The notes beneath the pieces are model-generated. The model was not told where the DNA came from and searched no databases. It saw nothing but the letters and a program-made list of their open reading frames with translations. A program made the position numbers and the translations under genes. A stretch of DNA of 32,000 nucleotides, taken from positions 1,350,001 through 1,382,000 of the forward strand of contig CP001848.1 in assembly GCA_000025185.1 (NCBI GenBank), in the 5' to 3' direction. Source of the DNA: Pirellula staleyi DSM 6068. GTDB taxonomy: Bacteria; Planctomycetota; Planctomycetia; Pirellulales; Pirellulaceae. Positions 16,832 to 23,058 of this stretch are shown here, piece by piece. The first letter of the stretch is position 1. Every line of letters starts with the position of its first letter.

Positions 16832-17877
16832 GAGCGCACCTCGCTGATCAAAGGAAATCCGGGGGTGGCGAGCGTGGTGCCATCGCGCAGCGTGAAGTAG
16901 GCATCGATTCCGGGGCGACTGGCGAGGAGCTTCATGCTGCGGACGGGACCAAGCACAAAGCAGGCGGTTGACCACGCGTCGGCAAGCGTGCAATCGGGTG
17001 CTGCCACCGAGCAACTCGTTACGATTTGCGGCGAGCAACCGGTGTGAGGATCGAGCAGGTGATGATCGGTCGAGTGGGGAGAGAAGCGGGTGGCATAGTC
17101 CCCGGATGTCGAGAGGGATCGCCCCTGCAGTTCCACGAGCATCGGTGCCCCGCTCATCAGCGGATTAGCGATTCCAACTTGCCAATCTTGGGAGTCGGTT
17201 TTAGTGCCCAGCGGTCGAATTTCCCCGGCATCAATCAAGGCATGCTCAATTCCCCATTCTTTTAAGGTCTCGAATGCCTGGTCAGTTGCATAGCCTTGAG
17301 CAATTCCATTGAAAGTTATTTGCATCCCAGGATCTTGAAACGTAATGCAGTCGCTTTGAATATTGATTTTGCGGTAATCAACAAGTTGGCGAGCCGTTTG
17401 AAGATCGCTCGGACCTGTAGTTTGAAGATGGTGTTTGGCAGCGTAGTAGTTCCAGAGTGGCTGAACGCTGATATCAAACGCCCCTTGGGTGGTTGAAGAG
17501 ACGGCGTGAGATTGCTGGAGAATGTCGACCAGCATCGCCGAGGGGGTATCGAGCTTCCCCACTCGGTTGAGCCGCGAAATTTCGCTATCGGGGCGATAGA
17601 TGCTCAGCGACTGCTCGACACGCTCGATGGTGGCAAAAGCTGCGTCGATCGCGGCTGTGGCGTACTGCGAATCGTCGTGAATCACGCCGATGGCGACTTT
17701 GGAGCCGAGTGCGTGGGAGGTTTTGCGGTGGAGTCGCGAGTGGTTGGCATGCGGCTCGCGTGGCTGTCCACTGAGTGACCAAGTTGCCAGAGACGAGGTT
17801 GCCAGCGAACTGGCTATGACGGCGCCGAGCCCGATCGATCCGAGCAGGAGCTTGCGCCGTGAAAGTGTGGGTTGCAT
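16828..17877 (-). CDS. apbE: ApbE-family FAD:protein FMN transferase with Tat-type signal
   Basis: Start set at the ATG at 17877 (MQPTLSRRKLLLGSIGLGAVIASS, twin-arginine signal). ApbE motifs SIYRPDSEISRLN, FDISVQPLWNYY, FNGIAQGYATDQA, GDYATRF...HHLLDPHTG. Confidence 0.9.
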   Translation of the reverse strand: MQPTLSRRKLLLGSIGLGAVIASSLATSSLATWSLSGQPREPHANHSRLHRKTSHALGSKVAIGVIHDDSQYATAAIDAAFATIERVEQSLSIYRPDSEISRLNRVGKLDTPSAMLVDILQQSHAVSSTTQGAFDISVQPLWNYYAAKHHLQTTGPSDLQTARQLVDYRKINIQSDCITFQDPGMQITFNGIAQGYATDQAFETLKEWGIEHALIDAGEIRPLGTKTDSQDWQVGIANPLMSGAPMLVELQGRSLSTSGDYATRFSPHSTDHHLLDPHTGCSPQIVTSCSVAAPDCTLADAWSTACFVLGPVRSMKLLASRPGIDAYFTLRDGTTLATPGFPLISEVRS

Positions 17878-18469
17878 CAGCCGCCTCGAAGGAGTGTTGC
17901 TCGCGAGTGAATTTGCCCCTGGTGAATCGCCAGGCGCGAGCTTGGGTGATGGGGCGAATTCTAGCGAGCGGGAGTCGCGCGCTGCAACGAAAAAACCAGC
18001 GGCTGAGAAATCGATGCACCAGAAAAACGACTTTAGTAGTTCTACTTTAGTAGTCGTAGTGGTTCGTTGAGACTCTGTCTCACTGATGCCGCGTTGTGGG
18101 AGCCTCGACAGCAGTCGCTTGCACCGGCGATTAGCGACCGCTCGATCCCGGCCATGATCGAAAAAAGGGCGGAAGTTTTCCTGGCTCTGCCTGAGGGGGT
18201 TAAGAGCCCAGGAAATGCGGTGCGGCTGGTGCGGTAACACTTGGGGTGTGCTGACCGTTTGTGGCAGTGAGCGAGACATGGTTTACGGTTAATGGCGTGG
18301 ATGTGGACCCTCTGGGGGCAAAGGTAGTTAGGGTGTGGGTGCAGTATGCGGTAGATGCGGGTAGTCGTATCGCCTGAAAAGGCGCTATCTATCCCACAAA
18401 GGGATGGTTTAGTTGCTTGACGGTGTTCGAACCGCTGATTATTCTCCCCCCCTGCACCACTCTGTACTT

Positions 18470-20767
18470 ATGGGGGATATTGCCGTGCCTCCCGCGCCGT
18501 CCAGGATTACGATTCGACAGCTGATTTCCGCCATGGAATCTGGGTCCCCTCTTGCGCCGCATGCTGTGCTGGGGGTGACTGAAGGTGAGACCTTGCCGGC
18601 GGTGATAGAGCAGGCGTATCGGCTGCGTGTGAGTGAGCTGGCGGGTGTGCGAAGCGAGCTTGGTGAGTCGCGTGTAGGCAAAGTGATGCGCGCGATTTCA
18701 GCCGCTAAGGTTCAGCTCACTTCGGCGCCTGGCTCAGCAGCCGCGGCGGTCGGTTTGCCAGTCAGGGGGGCGGCTCCAAGTGCTGCGCCGCTGCCAGAAC
18801 GCTCGTTTGCGTTGGGAGCTCCGCAAGGTCCTTCTCCACTGGGTAAGCCTGCTCTCTCCTCGGCTGTATCCTCGTCGCCGGAACACTCGTCGCCACTCGA
18901 TACGCTGCGGTTCAGTCCGTTGATGCTGGCGTTTGGGGGTGGTGCTGCGGTCGGTGTCGTCGTGCTGCTGCTGGTTGTGGTGGTGTGGTCGCTGAGTGGT
19001 TCGAAATCGCGCACGCCTGTAGCTGATGCAAACGCTGCGAGTAGCTTGCCGAGCCCCCTGTTTCCCAGTGTTCCGAGTTTGCCTCCTCCTCCGCCGCCCG
19101 TAGTCCCAGAGTTGCCCGTAGTCCCAGAGTTGCCCGTAGTCCCAGAGTTGCCCGTAGTCCCAGAGTTGCCTGTAGTCCCAGAGTTGCCTGTAGTCCCAGA
19201 GTTGAGTCAGCCGCCACCTCCGCAGCCAGCAGTGCCGGATGTGAGTGTGCCGGATGTAAGCACGCCACCACCTTCCGCTTCTTCGCCTGCGGTGAAATTG
19301 CCTCCCCCCCGACCAGCGTTCGGCTTTGGGGGTGGAGGTAGTCTCCCTTCCGACAGCGGCGCGGATGATACGGCAGGCGGTTTCTTTCCGTCGAGCCGTC
19401 CCGCTGGCTCAGAGCCAAAATCCGTTCCGAGTGCTGCCTCGCCCGGCAGCTTTTCGGGGGCTCCCTTTGGTGGTCAGCCTGCGACTCCTGTCGCAGGATC
19501 GTCCCGTCCCGCACTACCAGCCACCTCGAACGGTCCACCCGAGCGTTCGCTCTCCGATTTACTACCGGGTGGAAAGAGTAGTGAGTCAGGAACAGGAACA
19601 TCGAGCGCGAAGTCTCCCGCTGCTGTCGATTACAGCCCCACGCTGCAGTTGCCTCCGACAGGGAAGTCCGAACCGGTTCAACTCTTGGCCGGTGACTTTG
19701 CGAAGAGTGATTTAACGATCGATGGCTCGGCCGCCGAGTTAGATGGCAACTTGGTGTTTGCGATATCGAAGATCGCTGGCTCAGCGCCGCCGAGTTGGCG
19801 CATCGAAACCGTTCCTGGAGCTCCGCCCGTTGCAGCCAGCGGGGCTGATCGAGCCAAAGCAGCAGCGCCGTCGGTTTTCGCGCGGCCCGAATCGACAGGA
19901 CCGACGACCGTAGCGATATGCACGCTCGAATCGCGAGGCATTACGTTTCAGTGGGAGCCCCAAGTGGCGGCAACCACCGCTGGGCAACTCACGAACTGTT
20001 TGATCTATGTCACGACCGATCAGAAGTCGACGGTCTACTCGCTCCGGTCATACATCAATGCGTCGCGTGTTCCGCTCGACCTGTCGAAGTCGCCGCAGCG
20101 GATCGTAGTCCCTCTCGAGCATCTTCCGAAATCAGAACGGATCCGGCTCGAAGTGAGGCCGAAATCAGGTTTCGTCTCCACGCTGGAGATCGAGCCACCG
20201 GAAGGGAAAGTGGGAGTGAATCGTCGTCTGCGGATCGTTCCCAAGGCGGAGTACAACGTCGAGTTTCAGTTTGATTTGAGTTTACTTTCGGGCGAATTGA
20301 ATTTGTTTCATCGTCCATTCTTCTCGCTCGGCAATTCGCAGCGACAAGAGTTCACCACTGAGAAGCTCGAGAGCCTGGTCGCATCGACAAGTCTGAAGAT
20401 TCGTCGCGATATCGACCGCCACGATGAGCTGAAGCGAAGGTTGGGAGCGATTGGCGACGAGATCTCGCAGGCCAACTCGGCACGTGTCACGACGGCGCAG
20501 CGCAATGCGGTGCTGTCGCGTTTATTGCAAGAGCGCAAGTCTTCGATCAGCGGGATCGAGCGTCTCAGCCGATCGATTCCCACCACCCAAGAGGCGCTCG
20601 AGGCACTCGAGAACTACGCCAAGCTGGCCGAGCGACTTCACCTTGTGACGGAGGTGGAGGTGCGCATCACTGCCCTTGGGGAACATGGCGAGATTCCACT
20701 TTGGCTCGGCACGATGCCGGTAACGGTCGCACCCGAAGCGAGTGCCCCACGGAGGTCGGCATCGTAG
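18470..20767 (+). CDS. Hypothetical single-pass membrane protein: small N-terminal cytoplasmic domain, TM, long Pro-rich repeat linker, beta-rich ectodomain, coiled coil
   Basis: ATG at 18470 preferred (MGDIAVPP...). TM LMLAFGGGAAVGVVVLLLVVVVWSL. Six VVPELP repeats. C-terminal half has alternating beta-like pattern, then a heptad-rich segment. No family recognised. Confidence 0.7.
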   Translation: MGDIAVPPAPSRITIRQLISAMESGSPLAPHAVLGVTEGETLPAVIEQAYRLRVSELAGVRSELGESRVGKVMRAISAAKVQLTSAPGSAAAAVGLPVRGAAPSAAPLPERSFALGAPQGPSPLGKPALSSAVSSSPEHSSPLDTLRFSPLMLAFGGGAAVGVVVLLLVVVVWSLSGSKSRTPVADANAASSLPSPLFPSVPSLPPPPPPVVPELPVVPELPVVPELPVVPELPVVPELPVVPELSQPPPPQPAVPDVSVPDVSTPPPSASSPAVKLPPPRPAFGFGGGGSLPSDSGADDTAGGFFPSSRPAGSEPKSVPSAASPGSFSGAPFGGQPATPVAGSSRPALPATSNGPPERSLSDLLPGGKSSESGTGTSSAKSPAAVDYSPTLQLPPTGKSEPVQLLAGDFAKSDLTIDGSAAELDGNLVFAISKIAGSAPPSWRIETVPGAPPVAASGADRAKAAAPSVFARPESTGPTTVAICTLESRGITFQWEPQVAATTAGQLTNCLIYVTTDQKSTVYSLRSYINASRVPLDLSKSPQRIVVPLEHLPKSERIRLEVRPKSGFVSTLEIEPPEGKVGVNRRLRIVPKAEYNVEFQFDLSLLSGELNLFHRPFFSLGNSQRQEFTTEKLESLVASTSLKIRRDIDRHDELKRRLGAIGDEISQANSARVTTAQRNAVLSRLLQERKSSISGIERLSRSIPTTQEALEALENYAKLAERLHLVTEVEVRITALGEHGEIPLWLGTMPVTVAPEASAPRRSAS
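19100..19207 (+). repeat. In-frame 18-bp tandem repeat x6 (gtagtcccagagttgccc; encodes VVPELP), followed by a 15-bp x2 repeat at 19232-19261 (VPDVS)
   Basis: Units at 19100, 19118, 19136 (identical), 19154 and 19172 (c to t at the last base) and 19190 (degenerate end). Read directly from the sequence. Confidence 0.95.
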
Positions 20768-20773
20768 CGCGGG

Positions 20774-21505
20774 ATGAAACGAAATCAGGCGATATCCATG
20801 AGCACTTCAACCTTGAGAACATCGCAAGCCCCCAGGAAGCAGCAAGTGTCGGAACCACGAAAGATTTTGCTAAGGCCGCGTGCTCTGGCGCTGCTGATGA
20901 TGCTTGGAAGCCTGGCGCTGGGAGGCTGTTTCTCCCCGCCTCCGCCAAGCGAGCCGCCGCCGGCTGTCGAGAGCGAGTCCACCGATAGCCCAGCGCCAGC
21001 AAAAGCAGCGGAAGCCGCAACGGATCCAGCTGCTGAAGAGGCTCCGCCAAAGCCTGACAGCGAAACCGCTCCGCCTCCAGCGAGTGCGGGTGCAGAGGAT
21101 CCCGGCGCTGGTCAGCCGCCAGCGGCCAGCGGTGCTTCGAAAAACGACAAGTCGGGTCCCCAGGATCGCCCGAGTGGGATGGGACGCTCGCAAGCTGCTG
21201 CTGGAGATTTCGCGAGTTCGGCAGCTAAGGAGGCTGATAGCAAGCTGAGCCTAGCGGAAAGCGCGCGCTTAGCCGCGCAAATGCGCGCGAAAGCGCGTGA
21301 GCTGCAAGCCACCAATCCCGGCCAGGCGTTCGAGGCGGCACTGCGTGGCTGGCAGCTGACCTCGCGTTTTCCGGACGACCCGGCATGTGCTGCCATGCAT
21401 GGCGAGTTTGGTCGCATGCTCGACCTCCTGGGGACTCAAGCCAACAGCGGCCTAGGTGGTAGCACTCCCCCCTTACGAGCAAACGCCGAAACAATCATCG
21501 AATAG
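20774..21505 (+). CDS. Putative lipoprotein with acidic/Pro-rich low-complexity linker and small helical C-terminal domain
   Basis: Signal peptide ending in the lipobox LALGGC. Starts 6 nt after the stop of the preceding gene. An alternative start at the internal Met (MSTSTL) is possible. Confidence 0.65.
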   Translation: MKRNQAISMSTSTLRTSQAPRKQQVSEPRKILLRPRALALLMMLGSLALGGCFSPPPPSEPPPAVESESTDSPAPAKAAEAATDPAAEEAPPKPDSETAPPPASAGAEDPGAGQPPAASGASKNDKSGPQDRPSGMGRSQAAAGDFASSAAKEADSKLSLAESARLAAQMRAKARELQATNPGQAFEAALRGWQLTSRFPDDPACAAMHGEFGRMLDLLGTQANSGLGGSTPPLRANAETIIE

Positions 21506-21706
21506 CCATCATTATATGATTAGTAGTAAGTATCGATTTGAGATGCGTGAAGCAATGTTTGTGACTAATACCTAAATAAAAAATAACAATAGATTGAAGC
21601 TGCGGAGTGCATTGAGATCAAACTTATATCGCGTTCCTACGATACTCCCCACCGAATCTTCTGCCTGCACTAGCCCACCACCAACTTCCTGCAATAGCGA
21701 CCCACC
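21506..21706 (+). promoter_or_regulatory. AT-rich intergenic region, probable promoter for the GTPase sub-operon
   Basis: The 21506-21640 stretch is far more AT-rich (by eye about 30 % GC) than the about 62 % GC flanks and contains an aaataaaaaataacaa A-tract. It lies directly upstream of 21710. No sigma-factor motif is assigned. Confidence 0.35.
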
Positions 21707-21709
21707 GTG

Positions 21710-23002
21710 ATGTCGACGAAAGCCCCGCGCCAAGATCTACCGCGCAGCGATGACGTGAAAATTCGATTGCGTATCACCTGTCCGCATTGCTGGTCGAACT
21801 TTGCGACCGAAGATGTGCACTGGCTCACCGAGCACGAACTGCTGCGCGGCGATCCGATGCTTGGGCCCGATGCTCAGCAACGATTCTTGCCGACACGTTT
21901 CGACGTCGCCGGAAATGCCATCGATTCGAGCGGCATGACCTGCCAGAGCCTTGCCTGTCCTAAGTGCCATCTCACTTTGCCTCGCGTAATGATTGATATG
22001 GCCCCGGTATTTGTTTCGATCCTGGGAATTCCCTCGTGCGGCAAGTCCTATTTCTTGTCGTCGATGACGTGGCAGATGCGGCGCACTCTGCCACACTACT
22101 TTGCCATCGACTTTAGCGACGCCGATCCCGCCTCGAACGAAATCCTGAATCAGTACGAGCGACAGCAGTTTTTAAACGCTGATTCGCGTGCGATTGTGAA
22201 GCTCGACAAAACCGAAGAGCAAGGATACTGGTACGACGCGGTGCGTTATGGCGATCAGATCGTCAACTATCCGCGTCCTTTTCTCTTCGGGCTGCGACCT
22301 TTGTTTGGGCATCCCAGTTTTGAGAATCGGAGCGATGTCTCGCGCGTTCTCTGCATGTACGACAACGCGGGCGAGTCGTTTCAGCCCGGCAAAGATACAT
22401 CGGCCAACCCCGTCACGCGTCACTTGGCCCGTTCTCAAGCGATGCTGTTTCTATTTGATCCCACGCAAGACCATCGATTTCGCGCAGCGTGTGTCGGTCG
22501 CTCATCCGACCCGCAAATGACCTCCACGCGGGCTCAAGTCTATCGCCAAGATACCGTGCTTCACGAAGCAGCATCACGCGTGCGCAAATACACAGGACTT
22601 AAACACGACGAGCGTCATAATCGACCTTTAATTGTGGTTGTCACGAAATACGATGCTTGGGAACCGCTTCTCCCTGGTTTGTTAGATACACCTCCCTTCT
22701 TGCCGCAAAAGAGTGGTGCGGCTCATGCACTCGATTGGGAGCGTGTACGTGAGACCTCGGCGAAGCTTCGTCACCTCCTTTGGCAGCACTCGCCCGAATT
22801 GGTATCTGGGGCTGAAGCGTTTGCTCAAGAGGTGGTCTATGTGCCCGTCAGTGCCACCGGCTGTGCTCCGGTCACCAATGAGCAAGGAGCAATCGAGGGG
22901 ATGCGCACCGGAGATATCCAGCCGAAGTGGGTCGAGGTGCCGATGCTGGTGGTCCTCGCGCGATGGTCGAAAGGTCTGATTCCTTATAATCGTCGGACTT
23001 AG
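21710..23002 (+). CDS. Zn-ribbon-fused P-loop GTPase (TRAFAC-type, all G motifs present)
   Basis: CPHC...CPKC (nt 21779-21964). G1 GIPSCGKS (22025-22048). G3 DNAG (22361-22372). G4 TKYD (22643-22654). G5 SAT (22850-22858). Confidence 0.85.
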   Translation: MSTKAPRQDLPRSDDVKIRLRITCPHCWSNFATEDVHWLTEHELLRGDPMLGPDAQQRFLPTRFDVAGNAIDSSGMTCQSLACPKCHLTLPRVMIDMAPVFVSILGIPSCGKSYFLSSMTWQMRRTLPHYFAIDFSDADPASNEILNQYERQQFLNADSRAIVKLDKTEEQGYWYDAVRYGDQIVNYPRPFLFGLRPLFGHPSFENRSDVSRVLCMYDNAGESFQPGKDTSANPVTRHLARSQAMLFLFDPTQDHRFRAACVGRSSDPQMTSTRAQVYRQDTVLHEAASRVRKYTGLKHDERHNRPLIVVVTKYDAWEPLLPGLLDTPPFLPQKSGAAHALDWERVRETSAKLRHLLWQHSPELVSGAEAFAQEVVYVPVSATGCAPVTNEQGAIEGMRTGDIQPKWVEVPMLVVLARWSKGLIPYNRRT

Positions 23003-23058
23003 AAGGCGCTACTCACTGACGGTTGTACTTCATTGAATGTTCGGGAGAGGCTTGTTGT

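Noticed and set aside
16832-17038. N-terminal 69-codon extension of the FMN-binding protein ORF (track start 17038), and likewise the 134-codon extension of apbE (17878-18279).
   Set aside because: The extensions are Arg-rich nonsense, and the first overlaps the apbE coding region. Internal ATGs at 16831 and 17877 are immediately followed by canonical Sec and Tat signal peptides.
18470-18720. J-domain in the N-terminus of the 18470 protein (HAVLGVTEGETLPAVIEQAYRLRV resembles the LGV....I..AYR opening of DnaJ).
   Set aside because: No HPD tripeptide follows and the segment is too short to judge. It is treated as an unassigned small helical domain.
19100-19207. Regular 18-bp repeats as a possible CRISPR array.
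   Set aside because: The units are directly adjacent with no spacers, are too short, are in frame inside a long ORF (encoding VVPELP), and no cas genes are nearby.
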